A DNA stretch of 64,000 bases from an uncultured Clostridia bacterium (lineage in GTDB: Bacteria; Bacillota; Clostridia; UBA1381). Positions 17,932 through 29,328 of the stretch are shown piece by piece. The position numbers and the translations under genes were made by a program. Within the stretch, counting starts at the first letter, position 1. The number at the start of each line of letters is the position of its first letter. The notes under the pieces were generated by a model, which saw nothing but the letters and a program-made list of their open reading frames with translations, made no database searches and was not told the origin of the DNA. The stretch is from contig CANRKO010000003.1 of NCBI GenBank assembly GCA_947631235.1, positions 5,193-69,192 of the forward strand, in the 5' to 3' direction.

Positions 17932-19419
17932 TTATAATCTTTCGCAGCGCGAATACACGCTTGAAATCTCCGCTATTTCCTTCGCGAGCTTTTTTGTCGC
18001 GTCGTTTTTGCTCATGCGCCACTTCCAGTTATTGCCGAGAGTTGATGGGATATTCATTCTCGTTTCCGACCCGAGACCGAGCCAGTCCTGCATCTGGATC
18101 ACAGCCGTGTCGCTTACGGACGCGAGCGCGGCGCGTATGAGCTTTTTCGGAATATCCTCGTCCTTTTCCGCGTCGATGTACTTTTTGCAGAATTCGATCG
18201 TATCGCGGTCGAGGCCGCCGAGCCAGCCGAGTATCGTGTCGTTGTCGTGCGTGCCGATGTACACGACGCTGTTGTACGAGTACGTGTGGGGCAGGTAGCT
18301 GCTCGGCTCACGCGGATCAAACGCGAACTCCAGTACCTTCATGCCCGGGAAACCGCTGTCACGGAGCAGCTTATGCACGTCGTCGGTGAGGAAACCCAAG
18401 TCCTCCGCGATTATGGGGAGGTTATCGCCCAGCTCGCGCTTTACCGCGTCGAAAAGCTCCATGCCGGGGCCTTTGCGCCACTCGCCGTTTTCAGCCGTCT
18501 CGTCGCCGTAGGGAATGGCGTAGTAACCCTCAAACCCGCGGAAATGGTCGATTCTCACGGTGTCGTACAATTCCAGCGCCCACTTTATGCGGTCTATCCA
18601 CCAGTTGTAGCCCCACTGCCTGTGCGCGTCCCAGTTGTAGAGCGGGTTGCCCCAAAGCTGACCGGTCGGAGAGAACGCGTCGGGCGGACAGCCCGCGACG
18701 GCGTTCGGCTCGCGGTTTTCGCCGAGGTCGAACAGGTCGGGGAACACCCACACGTCCGCGCTGTCGAGCGCGACGTATATCGGGATGTCGCCGATTATGC
18801 TTATACCGTTGTCGTTCGCGTACTTTTTGAGCGCCTTCCACTGCTCAAAGAATTTGAACTGTAAAAACTCCCAGAACATAACGTCGTCGCCGTGTTCCTG
18901 CGTGTACGCCCACAGCGCGTGACCGTCGCGCATACGCAATTCCTCGTCCCATTCGAGCCACGGCTTGCCCTTGTACTTGTCCTTTATGCTCATAAACATG
19001 GCGTAATTTGAAATCCACCTGTCGTTTTCTCGCAGGAAGTCGTCAAAGCCCGCCATATCGCTTTTTTTGAAATTCTTAAACGCCTTTTTGAGAACCTTGA
19101 ACCTGTTCTTGTAGATTGTGGCGTAATCGACGTAATTTTTATGACCGCCCCAGTCGAGACCGTCGTAATCGCTCTTTTTGAGCAGCCCCTCCCCGCGGAG
19201 AAGGTCGAGGTCGATAAAATACGGGTTGCCCGCGTATGTCGAAAACGACTGGTACGGCGAGTCGCCGTAGCTTGTCGGTCCAATCGGAAGTATCTGCCAG
19301 CAGCGCTGATGCGACTCCTTAAGGAAATCGACGAACTTGTACGCCTCTTTTCCGAACGTGCCGATGCCGTAATCGGACGGCAGCGACGATATGTGCATAA
19401 GTATTCCGCTTTGTCTCAT
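17932..19419 (-). CDS. malQ: 4-alpha-glucanotransferase (GH77)
   Basis: SGILMHISSLP, GDSPYQ, GDIPIYV, GQLWGNPLY, RIDHFRG, AEDLG, GTHDND. Confidence 0.96.
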   Translation of the reverse strand: MRQSGILMHISSLPSDYGIGTFGKEAYKFVDFLKESHQRCWQILPIGPTSYGDSPYQSFSTYAGNPYFIDLDLLRGEGLLKKSDYDGLDWGGHKNYVDYATIYKNRFKVLKKAFKNFKKSDMAGFDDFLRENDRWISNYAMFMSIKDKYKGKPWLEWDEELRMRDGHALWAYTQEHGDDVMFWEFLQFKFFEQWKALKKYANDNGISIIGDIPIYVALDSADVWVFPDLFDLGENREPNAVAGCPPDAFSPTGQLWGNPLYNWDAHRQWGYNWWIDRIKWALELYDTVRIDHFRGFEGYYAIPYGDETAENGEWRKGPGMELFDAVKRELGDNLPIIAEDLGFLTDDVHKLLRDSGFPGMKVLEFAFDPREPSSYLPHTYSYNSVVYIGTHDNDTILGWLGGLDRDTIEFCKKYIDAEKDEDIPKKLIRAALASVSDTAVIQMQDWLGLGSETRMNIPSTLGNNWKWRMSKNDATKKLAKEIAEISSVYSRCERL

Positions 19420-19420
19420 G

Positions 19421-20089
19421 TTAAAATCCCCCTTGCAGCAATCCTAAAATCTCATCAGGCTTTTCTATTATAAATTCCGCGCCCGCGTTTTCAAGCTCTT
19501 CGCGTCCGCGAAAGCCCCAAAGCACGCCGACCGAGTGCATACCGGCGTTTTTCGCCGTCGCAATATCGACCTTAGTGTCGCCGGGGAACAGACATTCCCC
19601 GGGCTTTACGTTAAGCTCCGCCGCTATTTCGAGCGCGGACGATGGGTCGGGCTTTGTCGGAGCGCCGTCCTTAACGCCCCTTACAATATCGAAAACGCCC
19701 TTGCCGAAAATCGCGTCGATAACAAAATGCGCCACGTTGTCGGGCTTGTTCGAGCATACGGCAGTTTTAACGCCGCGCTCCTTAAGTGACGACAAGAGTT
19801 CGCGTATACCGTCGTAAGCGTCGGTGTCGTAGAGAAAATCCTTCTCGTAATTTTCGTCGTACAGCGAGCCGACCTTTTTAAACATTTCCGCACTGTCCGC
19901 GCCGTTCGCGGCGAGTATGCGGTGAATAAGCTTGTCGCGTCCGTCGCCGACGTATAATTTGTAATCGGCTACCGACACGGGGCTTAGTCCGTAGGCGGCG
20001 AGCGCGACGTTGCCGAAGTGCGCGATAGCGTTTATCGTGTTCGTCAGCGTGCCGTCCAAATCAAAAACACACGCTTTTATTTTATCCAT
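19421..20089 (-). CDS. HAD-family hydrolase (phosphoglycolate phosphatase-like)
   Basis: FDLDGTL, SNKP, KPDP, GD...D. Confidence 0.88.
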   Translation of the reverse strand: MDKIKACVFDLDGTLTNTINAIAHFGNVALAAYGLSPVSVADYKLYVGDGRDKLIHRILAANGADSAEMFKKVGSLYDENYEKDFLYDTDAYDGIRELLSSLKERGVKTAVCSNKPDNVAHFVIDAIFGKGVFDIVRGVKDGAPTKPDPSSALEIAAELNVKPGECLFPGDTKVDIATAKNAGMHSVGVLWGFRGREELENAGAEFIIEKPDEILGLLQGGF

Positions 20090-20182
20090 ATGTATCCCTC
20101 CGAATGTATTATGCAACGTACATTATATATGTAATTCGCCGTCGTGTCAAATGGAATGGAGGAAATTGTGATTTGGTGAATT

Positions 20183-20597
20183 AAACCCCTCAGTCACACT
20201 GCGTGTGACAGCTCCCCTAGTAGGGGAGCCATACGGCGAGCGCCGCATATCGTGAGCCTCCCCTAATAGGGGAGGTGTCGGCGGAGCCGACGGAGGGGTT
20301 TTAACGGGCGACCGCAAGGGTCGCCCCTACGGATGACCCCCTCTATGAGGGGGTCTAAACTTGCTTGCAAGTTTAGGGGGGGTGTTTATGGATAATTCCC
20401 CGATAACAACACCCCCCAAAAGCCGTAAACGGCTTTTGACCCCCTCGGAGAGGGGGTTATACGGGCGGATAATATCCGCCCGAAAGGCTCCCCTTGAGGG
20501 GAGCTGTCGCCGAAGGCGACTGAGAGGTGGTTTTAAAAATCCGTTGCCACCTCTCCGTCATCGCTTCGCGATGCCACCTCCCCTCGAGGGGAGACTC
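20183..20597. repeat. Repeat cluster: family B, GTAG-REP, family C (20333-20457) and a further variant (20487-20597)
   Basis: Stacked palindromes matching 57126-57375 and other copies. Confidence 0.88.
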
Positions 20598-20687
20598 GCC
20601 GCCAACCACATGTAAAATTGCACAAAATTCATGTTTAAATTTCTGTAATTTTGTAAAAAATTTTATTGCCAAAAATACAAAAAATGC

Positions 20688-21142
20688 TTGCAAACATTGA
20701 CGTATTCATGTATAATTGGTATGTTGTGACTTTTGCGTAAATCTTAAAAAGCCGGATTTGCGCAATGGACTGATACGCGATGAAACGGGAGGTTGCGGCT
20801 GAAAAGTCTTTGAAAAAGGCTTGACGGAGCCGGTTTTTCCGCGGAGCGAGTCCGATTCATGAAACCGGGCGGCAGTTAAGTAAATCACATTTGTTCCGCG
20901 GCACGCGATGCGCGTTTGCGCGAGTTGCCTTTGCGCGCCGTGAGAGCAGCAGTGTGTGAAAATTGACGAGCTATGCCCGAAAAGCGGCGTCTCACAGCCG
21001 TGTGCGCTAAATAGGCGCGTTTCGGGTTTTATTTAAGGGGTGGCGCGAAACACCCGGCAGTGTGTGCAATTTTCGTAAGAGAACATCGGTGTTCTCGGGC
21101 TGTCGTGCAGTACAACACAAAAAATTATAGGAGGTAAAAGCA
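20688..21142 (+). promoter_or_regulatory. S10 operon promoter and about 420-nt 5' leader
   Basis: TTGCAA-17-TATAAT (20688-20716); long non-coding leader containing GATGAAACGGGAGGTTGC and ACACCCGGC. Confidence 0.6.
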
Positions 21143-21457
21143 ATGGCAGCAAACCAGAAAATCAGAATCAAGCTTAAGGCTTATGACCACGTAGTTCTCG
21201 ACCAAAGCGCGGAGAAAATCGTTGAAATCGCGAAGAGAACGGGCGCGAAGGTATCGGGTCCCATTCCTCTGCCTACGGACAAGGAAGTTATCACGATTTT
21301 GAGAGCGGTTCATATGTACAAGGATTCCCGTGAGCAGTTCGAAAGAAGAACTCACAAAAGACTGATTGATATAGTAGTTCCTGGCGCTAAGACCATGGAA
21401 TCGCTTATCAAAATAGATTTACCCGCCGGCGTTGACATCGACGTAATTCAGAAGTAA
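21143..21457 (+). CDS. rpsJ: 30S ribosomal protein S10
   Basis: [23 protein letters not shown]. Confidence 0.98.
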   Translation: MAANQKIRIKLKAYDHVVLDQSAEKIVEIAKRTGAKVSGPIPLPTDKEVITILRAVHMYKDSREQFERRTHKRLIDIVVPGAKTMESLIKIDLPAGVDIDVIQK

Positions 21458-21569
21458 TAACCGCTTAGGGTAAGCAAAAACCTATATCGCAGTAGCCCAA
21501 AGGGCTATGATGCGGGTCAAGTTCGTACCGGCTTTTGTACGAACCAATAACTGATAAGGAGGAAAAAAC

Positions 21570-22196
21570 ATGAAGAAAGCAATTTTAGGCACAAAAATCG
21601 GCATGACGCAGATTTTTGGCGAGGGCGGCATAGTTATCCCCGTAACCGTAATACTTGCGGGTCCGTGTACGGTTGTCCAGAAGAAGACAGTCGAGTCGGA
21701 CGGATACGACGCCGTTCAGGTCGGTTTCGGCGACGTTAAGGAAAAGCATCTTAACAAGCCGCTGCTCGGCCATTTCAAGAAGGCGGACACTGCAAACAAA
21801 AAGTATCTGCGCGAGTTCAGACTCGAGGACATTTCGGAGCTTAATGTGGGCGACGAGATAAAGGCGGATATATTCGCAGCCGGAGACAAGGTTGACGTAA
21901 GCGGTATTTCAAAGGGTAAAGGCTTTGCCGGCCCGATGAAGCACGGACTGCACAGAGGACCTATGACTCACGGTTCAAAGAGTAAGAGAGTTTCCGGTTC
22001 AATGGGTATGTGCTCTAACCCCGGACGCGTGTTCAAGGGTAAGGTACTGCCGGGTCATATGGGTTCGGAAAAGGTTACAATCCAAAACCTTGAGGTTGTT
22101 AAAATCGACGCTGACGAGAACCTCATATTGGTAAAGGGAGCAATCCCCGGCGCAAAGGGCGGACTTGTTACCGTCAGAAACAGCGTAAAGGCATAA
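21570..22196 (+). CDS. rplC: 50S ribosomal protein L3
   Basis: [14 protein letters not shown]; operon order. Confidence 0.98.
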   Translation: MKKAILGTKIGMTQIFGEGGIVIPVTVILAGPCTVVQKKTVESDGYDAVQVGFGDVKEKHLNKPLLGHFKKADTANKKYLREFRLEDISELNVGDEIKADIFAAGDKVDVSGISKGKGFAGPMKHGLHRGPMTHGSKSKRVSGSMGMCSNPGRVFKGKVLPGHMGSEKVTIQNLEVVKIDADENLILVKGAIPGAKGGLVTVRNSVKA

Positions 22197-22226
22197 TCAA
22201 GGATATTTGGAAGGAGGAAAAGCATA

Positions 22227-22850
22227 ATGGCTACACTGGCTTTATATAACATGGAAGGCAAAAAGACAGGCTCGTTTGAGGCATCGGACGCTGTCTTTGC
22301 TGCCGAAGTGAATGAATCGGTGCTGCATGACGTAGTTGTAAACTACCTTGCAAACCAAAGACAGGGTACGCAGAGTACCAAGACGCGCACGGAAGTACGC
22401 GGCGGCGGCAGAAAGCCCTGGAGACAAAAGGGTACGGGCCGCGCAAGACAGGGAAGTATACGCGCTCCCCAGTGGACGGGCGGCGGCGTTGCTTTGGGTC
22501 CCAAGCCGAGAAGTTACCGCTACAGCCTTAACAAGAAGGTAAAGAGAATAGCTTTAAAGAGCGCTCTTTCGGCGAAGTACGCCGATTACAAGGTATACGT
22601 AATCGAGGATATGACGCTCGACGAAATCAAGACCGCGAAGATTGCAAATCTTTTAAAGGGTCTTGAGATAGACACAAAGGCGCTCATCGTTACGGCGGCG
22701 TCAGACCCCGTAATCTATAAGTCGGCGAGAAACATCAAGGGCGTTACGCCGACACACGTTGAAACACTCAACACCTATGACGTTTTAAATCACGACGCGT
22801 TCATCATCTCGAAGGACGCTGTTGCGAAGATTGAGGAGGTGCTTGCATAA
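22227..22850 (+). CDS. rplD: 50S ribosomal protein L4
   Basis: [14 protein letters not shown]. Confidence 0.98.
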   Translation: MATLALYNMEGKKTGSFEASDAVFAAEVNESVLHDVVVNYLANQRQGTQSTKTRTEVRGGGRKPWRQKGTGRARQGSIRAPQWTGGGVALGPKPRSYRYSLNKKVKRIALKSALSAKYADYKVYVIEDMTLDEIKTAKIANLLKGLEIDTKALIVTAASDPVIYKSARNIKGVTPTHVETLNTYDVLNHDAFIISKDAVAKIEEVLA

Positions 22851-23155
22851 TGAACGCATACGATATTCTTCAAAAGCCCGTTATCTCGGAGCGCAGCATG
22901 GATAAGCACTACGACAAAGAGGGTAACGAGATAAAGAAGTACACCTTCCGTGTTCCCAAGACGGTAAACAAGGTTGAAATCAAAAAGGCTGTCGAGGAGG
23001 TATTCCCCGGAGTAAAGGTTGCGAAGGTAAACACCATGAACGTTCTCGGTAAGATAAAGAGAATGGGACGCTACGAGGGCAGACGCGCTTCGTGGAAAAA
23101 GGCAATCGTAACGCTTACGGACGACAGTAAGGAAATCGAGTTTTTTGAGATTTAA
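22850..23155 (+). CDS. rplW: 50S ribosomal protein L23
   Basis: [13 protein letters not shown]. Confidence 0.97.
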   Translation: MNAYDILQKPVISERSMDKHYDKEGNEIKKYTFRVPKTVNKVEIKKAVEEVFPGVKVAKVNTMNVLGKIKRMGRYEGRRASWKKAIVTLTDDSKEIEFFEI

Positions 23156-23184
23156 CATGATAAACGGATAAGGAGAGGTAAAAA

Positions 23185-24015
23185 ATGGCACTTAAAAAGT
23201 ATAAGCCGACTTCACCTGCCAGAAGATATATGACCGTTTCGGATTTTGCCGAGGTCACGAAGAAGTCTCCCGAGCGTTCGCTCCTCGCGAAGAAGGATAA
23301 GCACGCCGGCAGAAACTCTTACGGCAGAATTACCGTTCGTCACAGAGGCGGCGGCAACAGAAGAAAGTACAGAATTATAGACTTCAAGAGAAATAAGGAC
23401 GGAATACCCGCTACCGTAATCGGCGTCGAGTATGACCCGAACAGAAGCGCGAACATCGCTCTCATTCAGTATGAGGACGGCGAAAAGGCGTACATCATCG
23501 CTCCGATAGGTCTTACGGACGGCAGCGTCGTAGTATCGGGCGAGGGCGCGGATATTAAGCCGGGCAACGCGCTGTTCTTAAAGGATATTCCCGTTGGTAC
23601 GCTCATCCACAACGTTGAGCTTTACCCGGGTAAGGGCGCGCAGCTCGTAAGAAGCGCGGGCGTAAGCGCACAGCTTATGGCTAAGGAAGGAAAGTACGCA
23701 CAGGTCAAGCTCCCTTCGGGCGAGGTTAGAATGGTAAGACTTGACTGCAAAGCCACAATCGGTATTATAGGAAACCAGGAGCACAGCAATATGTCCATCG
23801 GTAAGGCGGGCAGAAAGCGTCATATGGGCTGGAGACCGACCGTTCGAGGCGTTGTCATGAACCCGAACGACCACCCGCACGGCGGTGGTGAAGGTAAGTC
23901 GCCTATCGGCCGTCCGTCGCCTGTTACCCCGTGGGGTAAGCCGGCACTCGGTCTTAAGACGAGAAAGAATTCCAGAACCGATAAGTTCATCGTTCGCTCA
24001 CGCGACGGTAAGTAA
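23185..24015 (+). CDS. rplB: 50S ribosomal protein L2
   Basis: [21 protein letters not shown]. Confidence 0.99.
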   Translation: MALKKYKPTSPARRYMTVSDFAEVTKKSPERSLLAKKDKHAGRNSYGRITVRHRGGGNRRKYRIIDFKRNKDGIPATVIGVEYDPNRSANIALIQYEDGEKAYIIAPIGLTDGSVVVSGEGADIKPGNALFLKDIPVGTLIHNVELYPGKGAQLVRSAGVSAQLMAKEGKYAQVKLPSGEVRMVRLDCKATIGIIGNQEHSNMSIGKAGRKRHMGWRPTVRGVVMNPNDHPHGGGEGKSPIGRPSPVTPWGKPALGLKTRKNSRTDKFIVRSRDGK

Positions 24016-24049
24016 TAAATAAGAAAGAATTTGAAAGGAGGAAGATTTA

Positions 24050-24322
24050 ATGGGCAGATCACTTAAAAAAGGCCCCTTCGTTGAAGAGCGTCTTATGAGC
24101 AGAATTGAGGCTATGAACGCGGCAAACGAAAAGAAGGTCGTTAAAACATGGTCGAGAGCTTCCACAATTTTCCCTGAAATGGTTGGTCACACAATCGCGG
24201 TGCATGACGGCAGAAAGCACGTCCCCGTATATATCAGCGAGGATATGGTAGGTCACAGACTCGGCGAGTTTGCTCCGACGAGAACGTATAAAGGCCATGC
24301 CGGCGCCAAGACATCAAAATAA
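24050..24322 (+). CDS. rpsS: 30S ribosomal protein S19
   Basis: [21 protein letters not shown]. Confidence 0.98.
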   Translation: MGRSLKKGPFVEERLMSRIEAMNAANEKKVVKTWSRASTIFPEMVGHTIAVHDGRKHVPVYISEDMVGHRLGEFAPTRTYKGHAGAKTSK

Positions 24323-24423
24323 TTCCGCTTTTGGTTCATCTCGTCTCTTTTTGCTCGGGGCAGTACCTGAGTACGGCACCGCTCGCAAAAATAAACGACC
24401 TGACTTCAAAATCGAAATTATTT
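24317..24423. repeat. ERIC-like long imperfect hairpin element
   Basis: AAATAATT..AATTATTT termini; core GGCAGTAC-N4-GTACGGC. Confidence 0.6.
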
Positions 24424-24510
24424 ACCGTCGATTGATATGAGACGTAAATTTAATTAGGAAAACAGGGAATTATTCCCGTTACAATTATTGCAAAAAGGAG
24501 GAATCCACAC

Positions 24511-24849
24511 ATGGAAGCACGCGCAATCTTAAGATATGCTCGTATTTCACCGAGAAAGGTGAAGATAGTGCTTGATCTGATAAGAAACAAGCCCGTTCCC
24601 GTTGCCAAGGGTATTTTGCACAACACCCCGAAGGCTGCAAGCGAGCTTTTACTGAAACTTCTTGCGTCGGCTGAGGCTAACGCTGAGAACAATCATGATA
24701 TGGATAAAGACAAGCTGTACGTCGCCGAGTGTTTCGCGACGCAGGGTCCTACTTTAAAGAGAATACAGCCCCACGCACAGGGCAGAGCGTTTAAGATTTT
24801 AAAGAGAACCAGCCATATCACCTTAGTATTGAAGGAACAGGAAAACTAA
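24511..24849 (+). CDS. rplV: 50S ribosomal protein L22
   Basis: RISPRK, AQGRA, TSHIT. Confidence 0.98.
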   Translation: MEARAILRYARISPRKVKIVLDLIRNKPVPVAKGILHNTPKAASELLLKLLASAEANAENNHDMDKDKLYVAECFATQGPTLKRIQPHAQGRAFKILKRTSHITLVLKEQEN

Positions 24850-24868
24850 TCGAGAAGGAGGTTCATTC

Positions 24869-25624
24869 ATGGGACAGAAGGTAAATCCCCACGGCTTGAG
24901 AGTCGGAGTCATTAAGGACTGGGATTCCAAATGGATTGCCGGCAAGAAGGAGTTCGGCGACCAGTTGGTTGAGGACTATAAAATAAGAAAGTATGTCAAG
25001 AAGGCTTGCTATGACGCGGGCATCGCGAAGATAGGTATAGAGAGAAAGCAGAACAGAGTATTCATCACTATCCACGCGGCGAAGCCGGGTATCATCATCG
25101 GACGCGGCGGCGCGGAAATCGACAAGCTTAAGGCACAAATCGAGAAATTCGTAAAGAAAACGGTAAACGTAAACATCATGGAGGTCAAGACCCCCGATAC
25201 AAACGCGCAGCTCGTTGCGGAGAACATCGCGGCGCAGCTTGAGAGACGTATCTCGTTCAGACGCGCCATGAAACAGGTTATGGGCAGAGCCATGAGACTC
25301 GGCGTTAAGGGTATCAAGACGGCTGTTGCCGGACGTGTCGGCGGCGCGGAAATCGCGAGAACGGAGCAGTATCACGAGGGTACGATCCCCCTGCAGACAT
25401 TGAGAGCCGATATAGACTACGGCTTTGCGGAGGCGCACACCACATACGGTATCCTCGGCGTAAAGGTATGGATATACAAGGGTGAGATCCTCAACGTTGC
25501 CGACGGCAGAAGAAAGGAAGCCGAGGCACAGGCAAAGGCTGCCGAGAATTCGAGACGCGGGGACCGCAGACGCGGAAACCGTGAGGATCGCGGCGACAGA
25601 AGACCGAAGGGAGGCAGAGCATAA
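24869..25624 (+). CDS. rpsC: 30S ribosomal protein S3
   Basis: [22 protein letters not shown]. Confidence 0.98.
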   Translation: MGQKVNPHGLRVGVIKDWDSKWIAGKKEFGDQLVEDYKIRKYVKKACYDAGIAKIGIERKQNRVFITIHAAKPGIIIGRGGAEIDKLKAQIEKFVKKTVNVNIMEVKTPDTNAQLVAENIAAQLERRISFRRAMKQVMGRAMRLGVKGIKTAVAGRVGGAEIARTEQYHEGTIPLQTLRADIDYGFAEAHTTYGILGVKVWIYKGEILNVADGRRKEAEAQAKAAENSRRGDRRRGNREDRGDRRPKGGRA

Positions 25625-26046
25625 TGTTATTGCCTAAAAGAGTAAAGTACAGAAGAGTTATGCGCGGCAGAATGAAGGGTAAGGCAACACGCGGCAACGT
25701 GGTAACATACGGTCAGTATGGACTTCAGGCGTTAGAGCCGGCATGGATCACTTCAAGACAGATAGAGGCGGCGCGTATCGCTATGACGAGATACACTCGC
25801 AGAGGCGGTCAGGTATGGATAAAGATATTCCCCGACAAGCCCGTAACGAGAAAACCTGCCGAGACACGAATGGGTTCAGGTAAGGGCTCACCCGAGTACT
25901 GGGTAGCCGTAGTAAAGCCCGGCAGAGTTCTGTTCGAAATGGCAGGCGTCAGCGAGGAAGTTGCAAGAGAGGCTATGCGTCTCGCTATGCACAAGCTTCC
26001 TATCAAGTGTAAGTTTGTGACGAAACAGGCGGAGGATGGTGAATAA
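25624..26046 (+). CDS. rplP: 50S ribosomal protein L16
   Basis: RMGSGKG. Confidence 0.98.
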   Translation: MLLPKRVKYRRVMRGRMKGKATRGNVVTYGQYGLQALEPAWITSRQIEAARIAMTRYTRRGGQVWIKIFPDKPVTRKPAETRMGSGKGSPEYWVAVVKPGRVLFEMAGVSEEVAREAMRLAMHKLPIKCKFVTKQAEDGE

Positions 26047-26048
26047 GA

Positions 26049-26252
26049 ATGAAAGTAAATGAGCTTAGAGATTTATCAACGGCTGAACTCGAAGAAAAGC
26101 TTGCCGACAGCAAGCAGGAGCTTTTCAATCTGAGATTTCAGCACGCTATCAACCAGCTCGACAATCCGAAGAGGATAGGCGAGGTAAAGAAAACTATCGC
26201 TCGTATTTTGACCATCATTCATGAAAGAGAATTACAGGGTATCGAGCTGTAA
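26049..26252 (+). CDS. rpmC: 50S ribosomal protein L29
   Basis: [14 protein letters not shown]. Confidence 0.97.
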   Translation: MKVNELRDLSTAELEEKLADSKQELFNLRFQHAINQLDNPKRIGEVKKTIARILTIIHERELQGIEL

Positions 26253-26306
26253 TAAGAGCAGATAGAACATTTGATATTGAATTTGTGCGGAAGGAGGCAC
26301 TTATCT

Positions 26307-26564
26307 GTGGAAGAAAGAAACAGCCGTAAGGTTAAAATCGGTAAGGTTGTAAGCAACAAAATGGATAAGACAATCGTTGTTGCTATCGAAGAGAATAAAA
26401 AGCATCCGCTTTATGGCAAGGTCGTAAAGAGCACCTACAAGCTTAAGGCGCATGACGAGGATAATACATGCTCCATCGGCGATAAGGTAAAGGTCATGGA
26501 GACAAGACCTTTATCGAAGGATAAGAGATGGAGATTGGTCGAAATTGTTGAAAAGGTAAAGTAA
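26307..26564 (+). CDS. rpsQ: 30S ribosomal protein S17
   Basis: [18 protein letters not shown]; GTG start after AAGGAGG. Confidence 0.97.
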   Translation: MEERNSRKVKIGKVVSNKMDKTIVVAIEENKKHPLYGKVVKSTYKLKAHDEDNTCSIGDKVKVMETRPLSKDKRWRLVEIVEKVK

Positions 26565-26610
26565 TTTTTCAACTGTTATACTATCGGACAGCGATAGAGG
26601 AGGTAAAAAC

Positions 26611-26979
26611 ATGATTCAACAACAAACACTTTTGAAGGTGGCTGACAACACAGGCGCCAAGGAAGTTATGTGTATCAGAGTTATGGGCGGCAGCAGAAAG
26701 AGATATGCCGCTGTCGGCGACGAGATAATATGCTCGGTCAAGAAGGCTACTCCGGGCGGCGTTGTAAAGAAGGGCGACGTCGTAAAGGCGGTTGTCGTAA
26801 GGAGCGTAAACGCCTCGAAGAGACCGGACGGCTCGTACATTCGTTTTGACGAGAACGCGGCAGTTATCGTAAGAGACGACAAAAACCCGAGAGGTACACG
26901 TATCTTCGGCCCCGTTGCAAGAGAGTTAAGAGACAAAGAGTACATGAAGATATTATCATTGGCTCCGGAAGTTCTTTAA
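26611..26979 (+). CDS. rplN: 50S ribosomal protein L14
   Basis: [19 protein letters not shown]. Confidence 0.98.
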   Translation: MIQQQTLLKVADNTGAKEVMCIRVMGGSRKRYAAVGDEIICSVKKATPGGVVKKGDVVKAVVVRSVNASKRPDGSYIRFDENAAVIVRDDKNPRGTRIFGPVARELRDKEYMKILSLAPEVL

Positions 26980-27002
26980 TTGTAAGGAGGATAATTGATA
27001 CT

Positions 27003-27326
27003 ATGAAGAAGATGCACGTAAAAAGAGGCGATATTGTACAGGTTATCGCCGGTAAGGATAAGGGACGCGAGGGTAAGATAATCGAGGCTATTCCCGCGAA
27101 GAACAAGGTCATCGTCGAGGGTATCGCGGTAGCGAAGAGACACCAGAAGGCGAGAGTTCAGGGTCAGGAAAGCGGTATTATCCACAAGGAAATGCCCATT
27201 GACGCATCAAACGTTATGAGAGTATGTCCCAAGTGCGGCAAGGCTGCGAGAACAGGCGTTAGAATTCTTGCTGACGGCGGTAAAGTCAGATATTGCAAGA
27301 AGTGCGACGCGGAGTTCAACGACTGA
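27003..27326 (+). CDS. rplX: 50S ribosomal protein L24
   Basis: GDIVQVIAGKDKG KOW motif. Confidence 0.97.
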   Translation: MKKMHVKRGDIVQVIAGKDKGREGKIIEAIPAKNKVIVEGIAVAKRHQKARVQGQESGIIHKEMPIDASNVMRVCPKCGKAARTGVRILADGGKVRYCKKCDAEFND

Positions 27327-27353
27327 TTATAAGAGAGGAGGAAAATTCTAATT

Positions 27354-27893
27354 ATGAGTAGAATGCAGGATAAATACACTAAGGAAGTTGCTCCGGCTCT
27401 TATGGAGAAGTTTGGTTACAAAAGCGTAATGCAGATACCCAAGCTCAACAAGATTGTAATAAATATCGGTATGGGTGAGGCAAAGGACAACCCCAAGGCT
27501 ATCGAAGCCGCAACGAACGACCTCGCGGCAATCACGGGTCAGAAACCGATAGTTACAAAGGCAAAGAAGTCGGTCGCAAACTTCAAACTGAGAGAGGGCA
27601 TGAACATCGGCGTCAAGGTAACGCTGAGATCCGATAAGATGTACGAGTTCATCGACAGATTTTTCAATGTCGCTCTCCCCAGAGTTCGTGACTTTAGAGG
27701 TATTAACCCCAACGGTTTCGACGGCAGAGGAAATTACAGCGTGGGCGTTAAGGAACAGCTTATATTCCCCGAGATCGACTACGATAAGATCGACAAGATC
27801 AGAGGTATGGATATAAACATTGTTACAACCGCAAAGACGGATGAGGAAGCGAGAGAACTTCTTACACTTCTCGGCGCTCCGTTCCGTTCATAA
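27354..27893 (+). CDS. rplE: 50S ribosomal protein L5
   Basis: [16 protein letters not shown]. Confidence 0.98.
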   Translation: MSRMQDKYTKEVAPALMEKFGYKSVMQIPKLNKIVINIGMGEAKDNPKAIEAATNDLAAITGQKPIVTKAKKSVANFKLREGMNIGVKVTLRSDKMYEFIDRFFNVALPRVRDFRGINPNGFDGRGNYSVGVKEQLIFPEIDYDKIDKIRGMDINIVTTAKTDEEARELLTLLGAPFRS

Positions 27894-27912
27894 TTAAAGG
27901 GGAGGAAAGACA

Positions 27913-28098
27913 ATGGCAAGAAAAGCTATGATTTTAAAGCAGCAGAAAAAGCCGAAGTATTCGACACAGGCTTATACGAGATGTAAGATTTGCGGCCGTC
28001 CGCACGCTTACCTTCGTAAATTCGGCATATGCCGTATCTGCTTCAGAGAGCTTGCGTACAAGGGTCAAATTCCCGGCGTAAGAAAGGCAAGCTGGTAA
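27913..28098 (+). CDS. rpsN: 30S ribosomal protein S14 type Z
   Basis: CKICGRP..CRIC; 61 aa. Confidence 0.97.
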   Translation: MARKAMILKQQKKPKYSTQAYTRCKICGRPHAYLRKFGICRICFRELAYKGQIPGVRKASW

Positions 28099-28159
28099 AG
28101 ATAAGTATTACAGAACTCCGCTTGCGCGGAAAGCTGTAAAGTTTAAGGAGGTAAATATA

Positions 28160-28558
28160 ATGCAGATTACTGATCCCATTGCAGATTTGCTTACAAGAAT
28201 CAGAAATGCAAACTCGTCAAGACACGAAAGCGTTGACGTACCCGCTTCCAACATGAAGAAGGCGATAACGCAGATACTTCTCGACGAGGGTTATATAAAG
28301 GATTTTCAGGTAATTGAGGACGGCAAGCAGGGCGTTATCAGAATTACATTGAAGTACAGCCCCAACAAGGAAAAGGTTATAAGCGGTATAAAGAGAGTTT
28401 CAAAGCCGGGTCTTAGAATTTACGCCGGCGCGGCGGAACTTCCGAGAGTATTGAAGGGTCTCGGTATCGCGATAATCTCCACATCGAAGGGCATTATGAC
28501 AGACAAGGAAGCGAGAAAGCAAAACATTGGCGGAGAGGTTCTCGCGTTTGTATGGTAG
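28160..28558 (+). CDS. rpsH: 30S ribosomal protein S8
   Basis: [21 protein letters not shown]. Confidence 0.98.
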   Translation: MQITDPIADLLTRIRNANSSRHESVDVPASNMKKAITQILLDEGYIKDFQVIEDGKQGVIRITLKYSPNKEKVISGIKRVSKPGLRIYAGAAELPRVLKGLGIAIISTSKGIMTDKEARKQNIGGEVLAFVW

Positions 28559-28683
28559 AAAATCATTGTCTTTGCGCGTCTTTTTCCGTCGTTCTGCGTT
28601 AGAGACGGCTCGCCGTACAAGAGTACTGCCGTCGCCGTTCTGCCTTGAACGGCGAAAAAATCCATCGCAAAGAAATGATTTTC
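28558..28683. repeat. ERIC-like long imperfect hairpin element (126 nt)
   Basis: GAAAATCATT..AATGATTTTC termini; core GCCGTAC-N4-GTACTGCC. Confidence 0.6.
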
Positions 28684-28758
28684 GCAGGTAAAATCCGCAA
28701 AGAAAAAGTAACTGAAAACTTACTGAGCTAAGAAAATTTAAGTTAGGAGGACAATTTA

Positions 28759-29307
28759 ATGTCAAGAATAGGTAGACTGCCTATCACCGTTCCTGCCGGA
28801 GTTGAGGTAAAGATCGGTGAGAACAACGAGATAACGGTTAAGGGCAAGAACGGCACTCTCACGAGAACGCTCCACCCCGACATGATCGTTAAAAACGAAG
28901 GCGGCGTAATAACCGTCGAGCGTCCGTCGGAGGACAAGGCACACAAGGCTTTGCACGGACTTACGAGAACGCTCATAAACAACATGGTCGTAGGCGTAAC
29001 CGAGGGCTGGACGAAGGAACTCGAAATCAACGGCGTAGGTTACAGAGCCGCTATGCAGGGCAAAGCGCTCAATTTGAGTCTCGGCTACTCACACCCCGTA
29101 ATTTACGAGGCAAAAGAGGGAATAACGATAGAGGTTCCCGCCCCCAACAGAATTATCGTTAAGGGCGCGAACAAAGAGGACGTCGGCGCGACCGCCGCGA
29201 AGATACGCGAGTTCAGACAGCCCGAGCCGTACAAGGGCAAGGGTATCAAGTACCTGAACGAGCATATCAGACGCAAGGAAGGCAAGACCGGCGCCAAGAA
29301 GAAATAA
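28759..29307 (+). CDS. rplF: 50S ribosomal protein L6
   Basis: [13 protein letters not shown]. Confidence 0.98.
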   Translation: MSRIGRLPITVPAGVEVKIGENNEITVKGKNGTLTRTLHPDMIVKNEGGVITVERPSEDKAHKALHGLTRTLINNMVVGVTEGWTKELEINGVGYRAAMQGKALNLSLGYSHPVIYEAKEGITIEVPAPNRIIVKGANKEDVGATAAKIREFRQPEPYKGKGIKYLNEHIRRKEGKTGAKKK

Positions 29308-29328
29308 TTGAAAGGAGTGTGTTCTTAA

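Noticed and set aside
20361-20888. Short ORFs in the repeat cluster and S10 promoter region
   Set aside because: Translations of palindromic repeats or leader sequence with no coding signals
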